Shown: one piece after another, positions 15,729 through 28,209 of the stretch
Numbering within the stretch: the first letter of the stretch is position 1
How the letters are laid out: every line of letters starts with the position of its first letter
Assembly: GCA_964016885.1 (NCBI GenBank)
Contig: OZ024757.1
Span: 5,642,001-5,706,000 of the forward strand
DNA: 64,000 bases
Source of the DNA: Eledone cirrhosa
Taxonomy: Eukaryota
Direction of reading: 5' to 3'
The notes under the pieces: model-generated
What the model was told of the DNA's origin: nothing
Seen by the model: the letters and a program-made list of their open reading frames with translations, nothing else
Database searches by the model: none
Program-made: the position numbers and the translations under genes

Positions 15729-16589
15729 CAGGTGTGGACGATATTTGGTTGCAATTTTCAACTGCTAATTTTATGCAAATTTTTTTTGCTTCCGTTGTCA
15801 CTCTCGTCCTCATAAAAACAGTGACTATATTTCCATTATTTATTTTCAGAATAATTGATTATGAATTATTTTGACCTCCAAATTTGTGGAAGAGACACGG
15901 AGTTCTTCTTGGAATCTGTGCCGGGAAGACAAATAAGACCAGAAGATCAACTCCCAGAACAACAGGTGGCTCGCTGTCTCATCCAAAGATGTGCCCAGAG
16001 TCATGCAGACAAAGTTTCCACCGGCAACATTGGTCTTAGGTGTCGTCATGCCACCTCACTGCTTCCCTGGGGGCCTCAAGCTGAACACCGATGGCTACAT
16101 TCACGTTCTGAGCGAGGTAGTAAAGCCCTGGATCGTCCAGGTAGCTGCAGGTAGGCCGTATGTGTTGCAGCAAGACTCAGCGCCCTGCCATACCAGCCGA
16201 AAGATCCAAGCCTGGCTCTCAGATAACTTCGTCGACCTCACCTCCCCTGACATCTGCCCTCCCAGCTTACCTGACTCCAATCCTCTCGACTTCTTTGTGT
16301 GGGGCGCAGTGGAACGAGACACCAACAGATCCAGCTGCAATACGAAAGACGATCTGAAAGCCATGATGATAAGTGCCTTTAGGGGCCTAAGTCAGGGGAC
16401 AGTGACGAAGGCCTGTAGCCGGTTTAGAGGCTGTCATCAAAGCCAATGGCAGGTCTATCGAGTGAGATTGAAAGAACAAGTTATGAAGACAAACTGACCC
16501 AAGTTTGATAAATAAACCTTAAAAAACAAAACTACTGTGTTATTCTTTCCTAGACAGTAATCTTGCGAATAATTATCGTCCGCACCCTG
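15729..16589 (+). mobile_element. Internally deleted Tc1/mariner element, maT (DD37D) type
   Basis: Imperfect TIRs caggtgtggacgata / tatcgtccgcaccctg in TA context; QQD...NPLD with 37 residues between the Asps; NSQNNRW motif upstream. Confidence 0.85.
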
Positions 16590-16619
16590 TATATATACAT
16601 ATATAATATATGATATATA

Positions 16620-16662
<43 letters not shown>

Positions 16663-18123
16663 AAAAGGGGATGCCCTGGAGAGGAGCAATTATAGGGGTA
16701 TAAAACTGATGGATCGGGTTATGAAAGTGGCAGAAAGGATATTAACACAACTAATTAGAGAAAGGGTCAAACTAGATGAGATGCAGTTTGGTTTTGTGCC
16801 TGGGAAGAGTACAACAGATGCCCTCTTCTTGGTAAGACAATTGCAAGAGAGGTTCTTAGAGAAGAATAAGCCACTATACTTAGCCTTTGTTGACCTAGAG
16901 AAGGCCTTTGATAGGGTACCCCGATCTGTCATCTGGTGGTCCCTAAGGAAACTAGGTGTTGAGGAATGGCTTGTGAGGACAGTGCAAACTATGTACAGAG
17001 GTGCTGTCAGTAACATCAGGGTAGGAATGGAGTTTAGTGAGGAATTCCAGATACAAGTAGGAGTACATCAAGTTTCCGTCCTCAGCCCGCTTTTGTTCAT
17101 TATAGTCCTCCAAGCCATAACAGAGAAGTTTAAGACTGGCCGTCTATGCTGACGATCTGGTTCTTATAGCAGAATCAGTAGAGGAGCTAGAGAATAAATT
17201 CCGGCTATGGAAACAGCAGTTGGAAGCAAGAGGACTGAGGGTGAACCTAGCTAAGACAAAAGTGTTGATGAGGAGAAAAGAAGACAAAACTCTTATTCCG
17301 TCAGGGAAATGGCCATGTTCGATATGCAGAATAGGAACTGGCATAAATTCTATAAAATACACACAATGCAGATCCTGGGTACACAAGAGATGTAGCGGGA
17401 TAGCAGGCAAACTAACAGGTAGGGAGAAATATGTATGCAGTAAATGTAGAGGGAAATTAGACAGTAGAAGTCGCATTGATAGACACATTTTTCAAATGCA
17501 GGAGGGCGCTATAGAAGTGGTGGATAGCTTCCGGTACCTAGGAGATCAGATTAGCATGGGAGTGGGTGTTCCGAGGCCATAGTATCTAGAATAAGGACGG
17601 GTTGGAAGAAGTTTAGGGAGCTGCTTCTTCTGCTGACGAAGAAGGGTTTCTCCCTGCATACGAAAGGCTGGTTGTATGATGCCTGTGTCAGGAGCGCGAT
17701 GCTGCATGGTAGTGAGACATGGGCAGTAACTGCAGAGGATATGTGATGGCTGAAGAGAAACGAGGCAAGCATGCTCCATTGGATGTGCAGTGTAAATGTG
17801 CTTGAACGACCCGGCATAAATCTGTTGAGAGAGAAACTGTGTCTGAGAGGGATAGAGTGTAGTGTGTGGGAGAGAAGACTGAGGTGGTATGGACATGTGA
17901 TGCACATGGAGGAGGACCAATGGGTGAAGAAGTGCCAGTTGAAGACGTGGTAGAGATAGACCAACAAAAACATGGGCGGAGGTGGTGAGAACAGACCTCA
18001 GATCATTGAAGCTCATGGTGGAGATGACGAAGGACCGTGACGAGTGGAGAGATGTTGTGCTGAATAAGAACCGTCCCACACTTACAAGCAGGGAAAAGAG
18101 GACGTAAAATGATGATGATGATG
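16663..18123 (+). mobile_element. 5'-truncated RTE LINE (family B), frameshifted
   Basis: High similarity to 6321-8643; (GAT)n tail; flanked by (TA)n. Confidence 0.92.
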
Positions 18124-18150
18124 ATATATATATATATATATATATATATA

Positions 18151-18378
18151 TCATCATCAACACTGTTTTACGTCCGTTCTTCTATGCTAGCATGGGTTAG
18201 ACGGGTTGTCATGTTGTGGGCAGTGTCCGGTTGGCTGACCTTGTCTTGCTCATACGGGAACTGATTTTGGCTTGATTTCTACAGCTGGATGCCCTTCCAA
18301 ACACCAACCTCATTTACAGTGATTGCTGGGTACTTTTCTTCCATGGTGCCTACATGTCCACTTTATAGTGTGGGTTGA
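18151..18378 (-). mobile_element. RTE family A 3'-UTR fragment
   Basis: Reverse complement of 23465-23680. Confidence 0.8.
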
Positions 18379-18518
18379 TATATATATAAAATATATTTAA
18401 TATATATATATGTGTGATATATATATATAACATATATATATATATATTATAATATATATAACATATATATATATATAATATAATTTATATAACATATATA
18501 TATAATATAATATATATA

Positions 18519-18695
18519 TCTATATATCTAAAATAGAGAATGCCTAAAACTCAAGAACCACCCAACCGATTGTTTTCAAACCTTACACATGTAATACTTA
18601 TAGTCCTGTGAGTGTTTTGAGTAGAAAAATTTCAAATTTTCAATGCCCTAGGGACCGCATTAGGCGATTTAGCGATCTCCGGGCCATTTTGCTAG
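18519..18695 (+). mobile_element. Short non-autonomous Helitron
   Basis: 5' TC, 3' CTAG, inserted at A|T; 5' part matches 29930-30114 and 43740-43890. Confidence 0.8.
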
Positions 18696-18716
18696 TAATA
18701 TATAATATAATATATA

Positions 18717-18929
18717 TGGCTTAGTGGTTAGAGAATTGGGCTTGTAATTGAAAGGTCGTGAGTTCAATTCTCAGACCGGGTGATGTGTTATGTCCTTGAG
18801 CAAGACACTTTATTTCAAGTTGCTCCTTCTACCTGGAGTTGTGACCAATAGATAGTATTAGCAATTGGAAAGACCAATGGAAACATTGTTTCTACGGTCC
18901 AATTTGACGAAAGTCGATCGACTGACGAT
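18717..18929 (+). mobile_element. tRNA/CORE-type SINE (family S2)
   Basis: Same head as S1 with a different tail; second copy 28548-28760 (-). Confidence 0.8.
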
Positions 18930-18968
18930 ATATGTATATATATATATTATTTATAATATATATATATT

Positions 18969-21900
18969 AGGGTTTCTAGGGTTTCTCTTAGTAGCTTTTT
19001 TCATGACGCTATTATTGTTAATTTTACTGATGTAGTATTAACTTGGATATTCACCATGCGACCCTCAGTTCCTACCCCCCCCCTCTCTATGCACTTCTTT
19101 AAGGCTTACTACCCTGTCTTTAACCTAATTCATTCAATCTGAAAATATTGAAGAGATAAGACACTTTCCCATTCTTCTCTGCTAAAATGTACCACTAGAG
19201 CTGATTCAAATTTTCCCAGCCAGCCATCCATCTAATCTACGAAGGTATTTTAGCCTACATATTGTCGTTAATATTATGATGTTCCCTGCTGTATTAGCGT
19301 TAAATTTTCCCTGCTGTATTAGCGATAAATTTTCGAGGGTTTCTCTTAGTAGCTTTTTTCATGACGTTATTATTGTTAATTTTACTGATGTAGTATTAAC
19401 TTGGATATTTACCATGCGACCCTCAGTTCCGATAAATTAGCGATAAATTTTCGAGGGTTTCTCTTAGTAGCTTTTTTCATGACGTTATTATTGTTAATTT
19501 TACTGATGTAGTATTAACTTGGATATTTACCATGCGACCCTCAGTTCCTACCCCCCCCTCTCTATGCACTTCTTTAAGGCTTACTACCCTGTCTTTAACC
19601 TAATTCATTCAATCTGAAAATATTGAAGAGATAAGACACTTTCCCATTCTTCTCTGCTAAAATGTACCACTAGAGCTGATTCAAATTTTCCCAGCCAGCC
19701 ATCCATCTAATCTACGAAGGTATTTTAGCCTACATATTGTCGTTAATATTATGATGTTCCCTGCTGTATTAGCGTTAAATTTTCCCTGCTGTATTAGCGA
19801 TAAATTTTCGAGGGTTTCTCTTAGTAGCTTTTTTCATGACGTTATTATTGTTAATTTTACTGATGTAGTATTAACTTGGATATTTACCATGCGACCCTCA
19901 GTTCCGATAAATTAGCGATAAATTTTCGAGGGTTTCTCTTAGTAGCTTTTTTCATGACGTTATTATTGTTAATTTTACTGATGTAGTATTAACTTGGATA
20001 TTTACCATGCGACCCTCAGTTCCTACCTCACAATTTCCCTCCCCCCCACCCCCACACACCACCATTGTCTATTCGACCAATCAAACCTAGCATGCCATTT
20101 CCACTGCTGCTGCTGCTACTACCTGCCTAACTAACTCTCTCCTCCTCTGGCGCATCCCAACACACCCTGCCATTACCCCACCACCACTGTCCTTCTAGCC
20201 CTCAATTTTCCCACCGTTATGGATGGATGAGCTGGGAATACACGAGCAACTCTGAATCAATAGATGAAATATGAATCTGCGAGCTACCAAGCACCCACGT
20301 GAAGCGCCAACCCAGAGACCCTCCCCTACGAGTGTCGACAAATGCCCAAAACTCCGAGTTGGTACCATCAATGTAGGCTCAATGAAAGGAAGAGCAGGAG
20401 AAATCGTAGAAATGCTAGAGCGAAAGGAAGTTGATGTATGCTGTGTGCAAGAGACTAGATGGAGAGGAGGGTCTGCTAGAGTCCTTGTAGGAAAAAGCCA
20501 GTGCTACAAATTTTTCTGGGTGGGAAATGACGATGGGATGGGTGGTGTAGGTATACTATTAGCTGACAAGTGGGTAGATAAAGTAATCTCAGTGTACAGG
20601 GTAAATGCAAGAATCATTAAACTCAGACTAGTCCTGAATAAGACAATTACCACAATAATATCAGCTTACGCACCCCAATCGGGGCTGCCAGACGAACTTA
20701 AGGATAGGTTTTACGAGTCCCTAATACACACTACTGCTCTAACAGACGACAAGGACTTCCTAATCATTGCAGGAGATTTTAACGGACACGTAGGTAAACA
20801 CTGCGACGGCTTCAATAGAGTACATGGAGGCCATGGAGTTGGCACAAGGAATGAGGAAGGATTCAGACTTCTAGAATTCTGCGACGCCAATGACATGTCG
20901 ATATGTAACACAAACTTTAAAAAACCCGACAACCACCTGATCACCTATAGATCAGGGGAGCACTCTAGTCAGTTAGATTTTATCCTCATCAGAGGACGTG
21001 ACAGATGGACGGTCGTAAACACAAAAGCCTTCCCTAGTGAGGAATGTACATCCCAACATAGCTTAGTTGTCAGCGACCTCACGGTCAGAACTAGACGAGC
21101 CCTGAAACAGAGGCCAACCTGGAGAAGAAAGATCTGGAAGCTGAAAGTCCCCTCAACCAGTAACAGATTTAAAGATATTTTACTCAACGCCTACGACAGT
21201 AAAGAAGAACAGATAGAGACATTTAACGTAGAAGAGAACTGGGAGTTCCTAAAAAATAACTTACTAGAGGCGACGGATGAGGTTTGTGGCTGGAGTAAGA
21301 CCTCAAGCCGGAGGAGAATGACTTGGTGGTGGAACAATAAGGTAGATGAAGCAGTCAAGGCCAAGAGACAGGCATGGAAAGAATGGAAGAACGGGGGGAG
21401 CAGGGTACATTACATAGAGACCAAGAGGGAAGCTAGGCGACAAGTATACTTAGCTAGGAGGGAAGCAGAGGATAGAAAATTCAAGCATGTTTTACAACGT
21501 GAGGACCAGAAACAGGAGGTATTCAAGATTGCGAGGCAGTGTGTCAGAGATAGTTGTGATGTCATTGGAGAGAAGTGTATCCGGAATGATAAAGGTGAGC
21601 TTGCCCTCACAAGTGCTGAGAAGAAAGATGCATGGAAGAGTCATTATGATAGATTACTAAATGAGGAGAATGCATGGGAAGAAGAGACCCTACCCCACGT
21701 AGACCCTATAGAGGGACCAGCAGTACAAGTCAGCGGCAGCGTAGTAAGTAAGGCAATCAGAGATATGAAGATAGGGAAGGCAACCGGTCCATCGGGTATA
21801 GCTGCCGAGATGCTGAAGGCATCTGGGTCTGTAGGTCACACTATAACCACACGTATCGTTAACCAGGTAATACTAGAGGGGGCCATACCAAAAGATTGGT

Positions 21901-23702
21901 GCAGTAGCATCATTGTCAACTGCTACAAAGGTAAAGGCGATGCACTAGATAGAGGAAACTATAGAGGTATAAAGTTGATGGACCAGGTCATGAAAGTAAC
22001 AGAAAGAGTTATAGCACAGCTGATTAGGGACCGGGTGAATATAGACGAGATGCAATTTGGGTTTGTACCAGGGAAAGGCACCACTGATGCGCTCTTCCTT
22101 GTGAGGCAATTACAGGAAAAGTACCTAGCTAAAAGTAAGCCACTCTACTTGGCATTTGTCGACCTTGAGAAAGCCTTTGACAGAGTTCCACGTGCAGTAA
22201 TCTGGTGGGCTCTTAGAAAACTAGGAGTAGATGAATGGCTTGTGAAAGCGGTACAAGCCATGTATAGGGGAGCAGTCAGCAAAGTTAGGATTGGCAATGA
22301 GTATAGCGAGGAATTTAGCGTACAGGTTGGGGTCCACCAGGGCTCTGTTCTTAGCCCTCTCCTGTTCATCATAGTCCTGCAGGCAATAACGGAGGAGTTT
22401 AAGACCGGATGCCCATGGGAACTCCTGTATGCTGATGACCTCGCACTCATAGCTGAATCTATGGTAGAACTAGAGAATAAATTCCAAACCTGGAAGCAGG
22501 GACTAGAGAGAAAGGGCCTCAAAGTCAACATGACAAAGACTAAGGTCCTTATAAGTAGACGAGAAAACAGAACCCAGATCCCCTCAGGGAAATGGCCTTG
22601 CTCAGTATGTAGGAAAGGTGTAGGTAGGAACTCCATTCTTTGCCCCAAATGCAAACAATGGGTACACAAGAGATGTAGCGGGATCTCAGGAAGCTTAATT
22701 AAGAATGTAGGATTCACATGCAGCAGCTGTGCTGAAACAGCAAGCAAACAGCCACAGGAAACAAGTACCACCAATCTCTGGGAGGGCCCTGTAGAAACAG
22801 TAGACAGCTTCTGCTACCTAGGTGACCGAATTAGCAACGGAGGTGGGTGCTCAGAAAGTACAATAACTAGGGTAAGAATGGGATGGAAGAAGTTTAGGGA
22901 ACTACTACCACTGCTAGCTGCAAAAGGCTTCTCCCTCAGAATGAAAGGCAGACTGTATGATGCGTGTATCCGAACAGCGATGTTGCATGGTAGTGAGACC
23001 TGGGCGCTGAAGGTGGAAGACCTACGTAGATTAGAGAGAAACGAAGCCTGCATGCTCCGATGGATGTGTAACAGTAATATACGTGAACGACAAAGCATAA
23101 AGGAATTGAGAGAGAGACTGAGCATAAGAGGAATCAAATGCTGCGTGCAGGAGAGGCGGTTACGCTGGTATGGACATGTGATGCGTATGAAGGATGACAG
23201 CTGCATAAAAAGGTGCAGAGCACTAGAAGTTGATGGAAACCGCGGAGTGGGGAGACCCAAGATGACTTGGGATGAGGTGATAAAAGCCGACCTTACCCAA
23301 CTACACCTCTCAAAGTCAATGACACACGACCGTGACTTCTGGCGTCACGCAGTAATACAGGGTACCCGACCTCCCATGGGTACATGCTGAAGCATATAAA
23401 CAATATGCCCCCCCCCCCCCCCACCGCAAGGTGGTCGTGGAGGTGCCACGGCAAAAAAGCACCCAGCCCACACTGTAAAGTGGACGTGTAGGCGCCACGA
23501 AAAAGCACCCAGCACTCACTGTAAATGAGGTTGGTGTTAGGAAGGGCATCCAGCTGTAGAAATCAAGCCAGATCAGTTCCTGTATGAGCAAGGCATGGTC
23601 AGCCGACCAGACACTGCCCACAACAGGACAACCCGTCTAACCCATGCTAGCGTGGAAGAACGGACGTAAAACGGTGATGATGATGATGATGATGATGATG
23701 AT
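18969..23702 (+). mobile_element. Apparently full-length RTE-clade LINE (family A)
   Basis: Repetitive 5' region, single intact ORF, 3' UTR with terminal stem-loop, (GAT)n tail, TA-rich flanks; 5' boundary inferred. Confidence 0.85.
20271..23390 (+). CDS. RTE LINE ORF: APE endonuclease + reverse transcriptase + PHD-type zinc finger, 1039 aa
   Basis: GTINVG, VQETRW, SAYAPQ, GDFNGHVG, LDFIL (APE); YRGIKL, AFVDLEKAFD, GVHQGSVLSP, YADD, YLG (RT); no stops. Confidence 0.97.
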   Translation: MNLRATKHPREAPTQRPSPTSVDKCPKLRVGTINVGSMKGRAGEIVEMLERKEVDVCCVQETRWRGGSARVLVGKSQCYKFFWVGNDDGMGGVGILLADKWVDKVISVYRVNARIIKLRLVLNKTITTIISAYAPQSGLPDELKDRFYESLIHTTALTDDKDFLIIAGDFNGHVGKHCDGFNRVHGGHGVGTRNEEGFRLLEFCDANDMSICNTNFKKPDNHLITYRSGEHSSQLDFILIRGRDRWTVVNTKAFPSEECTSQHSLVVSDLTVRTRRALKQRPTWRRKIWKLKVPSTSNRFKDILLNAYDSKEEQIETFNVEENWEFLKNNLLEATDEVCGWSKTSSRRRMTWWWNNKVDEAVKAKRQAWKEWKNGGSRVHYIETKREARRQVYLARREAEDRKFKHVLQREDQKQEVFKIARQCVRDSCDVIGEKCIRNDKGELALTSAEKKDAWKSHYDRLLNEENAWEEETLPHVDPIEGPAVQVSGSVVSKAIRDMKIGKATGPSGIAAEMLKASGSVGHTITTRIVNQVILEGAIPKDWCSSIIVNCYKGKGDALDRGNYRGIKLMDQVMKVTERVIAQLIRDRVNIDEMQFGFVPGKGTTDALFLVRQLQEKYLAKSKPLYLAFVDLEKAFDRVPRAVIWWALRKLGVDEWLVKAVQAMYRGAVSKVRIGNEYSEEFSVQVGVHQGSVLSPLLFIIVLQAITEEFKTGCPWELLYADDLALIAESMVELENKFQTWKQGLERKGLKVNMTKTKVLISRRENRTQIPSGKWPCSVCRKGVGRNSILCPKCKQWVHKRCSGISGSLIKNVGFTCSSCAETASKQPQETSTTNLWEGPVETVDSFCYLGDRISNGGGCSESTITRVRMGWKKFRELLPLLAAKGFSLRMKGRLYDACIRTAMLHGSETWALKVEDLRRLERNEACMLRWMCNSNIRERQSIKELRERLSIRGIKCCVQERRLRWYGHVMRMKDDSCIKRCRALEVDGNRGVGRPKMTWDEVIKADLTQLHLSKSMTHDRDFWRHAVIQGTRPPMGTC

Positions 23703-23859
23703 ATAATATATATATATATATGTGTCACTTGCTGGATCTGCTAGAAGGACCCAGATAATATGAGATGTTCTCCCGGCTGTATCATATACTGCAAATCTAT
23801 GCAGATGTATACACATATATACACAAACACATAAAGATACACATGTAATTATACACACA

Positions 23860-24365
23860 TAGAAGTGGTTGATAGCTTCTGTGATGACTGTATAACACCT
23901 GCCAATAAAATATGATGCTGCATGGTAGTGAAACAAGGGCTGTGACAGGAGAAATAAAGTGTAGACTGGAGAGAAATGAAGCAACCATGCTTCATTGGAT
24001 GTGCCATTTAAGTGTGAGAGAAAGGCAGAGCTCGGACAAGTTCAAGAAGAAGCTGGGTTTAAGAGGGAACTTAAGAGATGTGTAAGAGAGAAGACTGCAT
24101 TGGTATGGACATGTGATACACATGGATAATGACAGCTGGGTGAAGAAGTGCCAGGACATCCCAGTAGAAGGAAGCCCTAGTAGAGGTAGACCAAGAAAGA
24201 CCTGGACAGAGGCTGTGTGAACTGACTTCAAATGACTGACTCTCACAGAGGAGATGACAAAGGAACACGACAAGTTGAAAGATGCCATGTTGAGAAGGAC
24301 ATGTCCAACCCAAGGAAGCATGGAAAAACAGACATAAAAACAGTGATGATGTTGATGAAGATGAT
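23860..24365 (+). mobile_element. Decayed RTE 3' fragment
   Basis: MLHGSET, WYGHV, GRPRKTW remnants and gat tail. Confidence 0.75.
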
Positions 24366-24416
24366 GTACATATACACACATACATAATAAATAAATCAAA
24401 TACAGATATGCACAGT

Positions 24417-24757
24417 GGAGGCACATGGCTTAGTGGTTAGGGCATTGGCCTTGCAATCAAAAGGTTGTGAGTTCAATTCTCAGACTGTGTGATGTGTTGT
24501 TTCCTTGAGCAAGACACTTTATTTCACATTGCTCCAGTTTACTCAGCTGTAGAAATGAGATGATAGGTACTGGGGTTCATATCATTCCACAGTAAAGTGG
24601 CTGTGGAGGTGCCACAGCAAAAAAGCACACAGCACTCTCTGTAAATGAGGTTGGTGTTAGGAAGGGCATCCAGCTGTAGAAATCAAGCCAGAATCAGTTC
24701 AGTCCCACCCTTGCAAGCAGGGAAAAGTGGACGTAAAATGTTGATGATGATGATGAT
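24417..24757 (+). mobile_element. SINE family S1
   Basis: Same as 2867-3213. Confidence 0.9.
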
Positions 24758-25024
24758 ATGCACATACTTATATACAAACATATACATGGACACAAATTTC
24801 TACACACATACATTCACATATATATATAGCATATGTCAATTCTGAACAACACAGTTTTGTCAGCACAAGTCTTGGTTACAACTTCTACAAATGAAATGAA
24901 AGGAGAATAATTTCTTAGTAAAACAGTTTTATTCAATATATTAACAACATTGGTGGCACTATTTTAGGTGAGTGACATGGTTTTTATCTTGTCTGATTGT
25001 GTTTGTGTTGCATCAAGTAACCTT

Positions 25025-25560
25025 TACAAGAGAATTATTTACCACAGACACCACAGTGATATGGTTCCTCTCCTGTATATGTTAGTGTGTAGGGAACCCA
25101 CAACATTTACTACAGATATCACAGTGATATAGTTCCTCTCCTGTATATTAGTGTCTAGTGAAACCACAACTTATAGAGAATGATTTATCACAGACATCAC
25201 AGTGATATGGTTCCTCTCCTGTATGTTAGTGTTTAGTGACACCAAAATTAGAAAATGATTTACATGGGCTGAGGTGGTAAGGGCAGACCTCTGAAGCTCA
25301 AGGTGTAGATGACAAAGGACCGTGACAAGTGGAGAGATGCTGTGTTGAATAGGACTCATCCCACCCTTGCAAGCAGGGAAAAGCAGACGTAAAATGATGA
25401 TGATGATGATATGTTTTCCCTCATCTATGCATATATTTAGTTAAATTGCTGCATTAAAAGATATATTTTCCAAACATATCAAAGTGATATGGCTTCCCAC
25501 CTGTATATGTTTGTGTGAAGTTAATGTAGCATTGAAACAGAATGATTTACCATATATATT
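25025..25560 (-). repeat. Degenerate zinc-finger repeats downstream of the ZNF stop (3' UTR), interrupted by an RTE-B 3' fragment at 25263-25410
   Basis: Repeated cacagtgatatggttcctctcctgtat units, out of frame. Confidence 0.75.
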
Positions 25561-25628
25561 ACGCTGATATATATTTGTATTCTCATTAATTCACAATGTT
25601 GAGAGGATCTATCACTGATGTCAATGCA

Positions 25629-27575
25629 TTAAGATTTCTCCTCTGCATGTATGAGTTTGTGAGTAGTTAGGCTACTTTTCCCAGAGAATGATATACCACA
25701 GATATCACAGTGATATGGCTTGTCTCCTGTATGGGTACGTTTGTGTCTAGTTAAGGTACTACTTCGAGAGAATGATTTACCACAGATATCACAGTGGTAT
25801 GGCTTGTCTCCAGTATGTATACGTTTGTGGCTAGTTAAGGCACTACTTTGAGAGAATGATTTACCACAGATATCACAGTGGTATGGCTTGTCTCCTGTAT
25901 GGGTACGTTTGTGTCTAGTTAAGGTACTACTTCGAGAGAATGATTTACCACAGATATCACATTGGTATGGCTTGTCTCCTGTATGTATACGTTTGTGGCT
26001 AGTTAAGGCACTACTGAGAGAGAATGATTTACCACAGATATCACAGTGGTATGGCTTGTCTCCTGTATGGGTATGTTTGTGTCGAGTTAAGGTACTACTA
26101 TCAGAGAATGATTTACCACAGATATCACAGTGGTATGGTTTGTCTCCTGTATGTATACGTTTGTGGGAAGTTAACTGACTACTTTGAGAGAATGATTTAC
26201 CACAGATATCACAGTGGTATGGCTTGTCACCTGTATGGGTACGTTTGTGTCTAGTTAAGGCAATAGTTTCAGAGAATGATTTACCACAGATATCACAGTG
26301 GTATGGTTTGTCTCCTGTATGTATATGTTTGTGTCTAGTTAAGTGACTACTTTGAGAGAATGATTTACCACAGATGTCACAGTGGTATGGCTTGTCTCCT
26401 GTATGGGTACGTAAGTGTTTAGTTAATGCATCACTTGGCCGGAATGTTTTACCACAGATATCACAGTGGTATGGCTTGTCTCCTGTATGTATATGTTTGT
26501 GGCTAGTTAAGTTACCACTTTGATAGAATGATTTACCACAGATATCACAGTGGTATGGCTTGTCACCTGTATGGGTACGTTTGTGTCTAGTTAAGTTAAC
26601 ACTTTGATAGAATGATTTACCACAGACATCACAGTGATATGGCTTGTCTCCTGTATGTATATGTTTGTGGCTAGTTAAGTTACCACTTTGATAGAATGAT
26701 TTACCACAGATATCACAGTGATATGGCTTGTCTCCTGTATGTATACGTTTGTGGCTAGTTAAGTAACTACTCTCAGAGAATGATTTACCACAGATATCAC
26801 AGTGATATGGCTTGTCTACTGTATGTATATGTTTGTGTCTAGTTAAGGTACTACTTTGAGAGAATGATTTACCACAGATGTCACAGTGGTATGGCTTGTC
26901 TCCTGTATGGGTACGTAAGTGTTTAGTTAATGCATCACTTGGACGGAATGTTTTACCACAGATATCACAGTGGTATGGCTTGTCTCCTGTATGTATATGT
27001 TTGTGGCTAGTTAAGTTACCACTTTGATAGAATGATTTACCACAGATATCACAGTGGTATGGCTTGTCACCTGTATGGGTACGTTTGTGTCTAGTTAAGT
27101 TACCACTTTGATAGAATGATTTACCACAGATATCACAGTGATATGGCTTGTCTCCTGTATGTATACGTTTGTGGTTAGTTAAGTTACCACTTTGATAGAA
27201 TGATTTACCACAGATATCACAGTGGTATGGCTTGTCTCCTGTATGGGTACGTAAGTGTTCAGTTAATGCATCACTTCGAGGGAATGTTTTACCACAGATA
27301 TCACAGTGATATGGCTTCTCACCTGTATGTAAATGGTTGTGACTAGTTAGGTTACTTTTCTCAGAGAATGATTTACTACAGATATTACAGTGATATGGTT
27401 TGTCTCCTGTATGTATAACTTTGTGAGTAGTTAAGGTACTACGTATATTGAATGATTTACCACAGATATTGCAGTGATATGGTTTCTCTTCTCCAACCTT
27501 TGTCATCTCACCAGGAATACTAAACATTTTCGATTGTGTTTCGCATTTAACCTTTTCACTCAATTTATTTTCCAT
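25629..27575 (-). CDS. Tandem C2H2 zinc-finger protein, 22 fingers, 648 aa, no recognisable effector domain
   Basis: 22 x 28-aa [12 protein letters not shown]...HTGDKP units; splice acceptor tttctttcttatttcag| ending at 27753 upstream of the ATG. Confidence 0.95.
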   Translation of the reverse strand: MENKLSEKVKCETQSKMFSIPGEMTKVGEEKPYHCNICGKSFNIRSTLTTHKVIHTGDKPYHCNICSKSFSEKSNLTSHNHLHTGEKPYHCDICGKTFPRSDALTEHLRTHTGDKPYHCDICGKSFYQSGNLTNHKRIHTGDKPYHCDICGKSFYQSGNLTRHKRTHTGDKPYHCDICGKSFYQSGNLTSHKHIHTGDKPYHCDICGKTFRPSDALTKHLRTHTGDKPYHCDICGKSFSQSSTLTRHKHIHTVDKPYHCDICGKSFSESSYLTSHKRIHTGDKPYHCDICGKSFYQSGNLTSHKHIHTGDKPYHCDVCGKSFYQSVNLTRHKRTHTGDKPYHCDICGKSFYQSGNLTSHKHIHTGDKPYHCDICGKTFRPSDALTKHLRTHTGDKPYHCDICGKSFSQSSHLTRHKHIHTGDKPYHCDICGKSFSETIALTRHKRTHTGDKPYHCDICGKSFSQSSQLTSHKRIHTGDKPYHCDICGKSFSDSSTLTRHKHTHTGDKPYHCDICGKSFSLSSALTSHKRIHTGDKPYQCDICGKSFSRSSTLTRHKRTHTGDKPYHCDICGKSFSQSSALTSHKRIHTGDKPYHCDICGKSFSRSSTLTRHKRTHTGDKPYHCDICGISFSGKSSLTTHKLIHAEEKS

Positions 27576-28209
27576 AATAATTTCATCTCCAACAGAATAT
27601 ACTTGTAATATTTTTTACATTATATTCCTAAAAAATATATCTTCTATATTTCCCTCAACTGTGATTTCAGTTAATAGTCTTCAAATGATGATAAATAGAG
27701 GTGATGTATCCGAGATTGAAAATAATAATTTATCCCAATGTCATCTGGTATTCTGAAATAAGAAAGAAACAGTATGAGATAATAGAGAATACTGAAGAAG
27801 CAGAGATAGATTTAACAGTGGAAATTTTATATTTCTATATTGGTAAACTGTAGATATCAACTTTCCTATCCAATGCAAACAGTAGTATTCCAGCATGCTC
27901 TATAAATGTCATCCTTCTATCTCTAGAGAAGTCTGCTCTATGGCAGTTTAGTGAAAATTTCATTCTGATAGGACTCTCTAATATAGCTATTATCTCCTCT
28001 CCTGGTGACATGTCAACACCAGTTTAACTTCCATCTTTTTATTAGTAGGAGTCAATTGTTCCTCTACATCTTTATCTTACTTCTTTTCTATCTTTCTCTG
28101 GGAGAAATCGGCCGTGTTTAGACCAGGAGTTACGAGTCTATATGAATCCATACAATATATGATTTCACTTGAAGTTTTATTCAGATTTCAATTGTGTTCA
28201 GATGAGAGA

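Noticed and set aside
18900-18929. gacgaaagtc...ctgacga as a type II hammerhead
   Set aside because: No stem III or closing stem II; the second SINE copy lacks the ctgacga
18968-18990. Telomeric repeat (tagggtt)
   Set aside because: Only two imperfect units; part of the RTE 5' monomer
27783-27840. ctgaaga...gaaa hammerhead candidate
   Set aside because: Stem II cannot form
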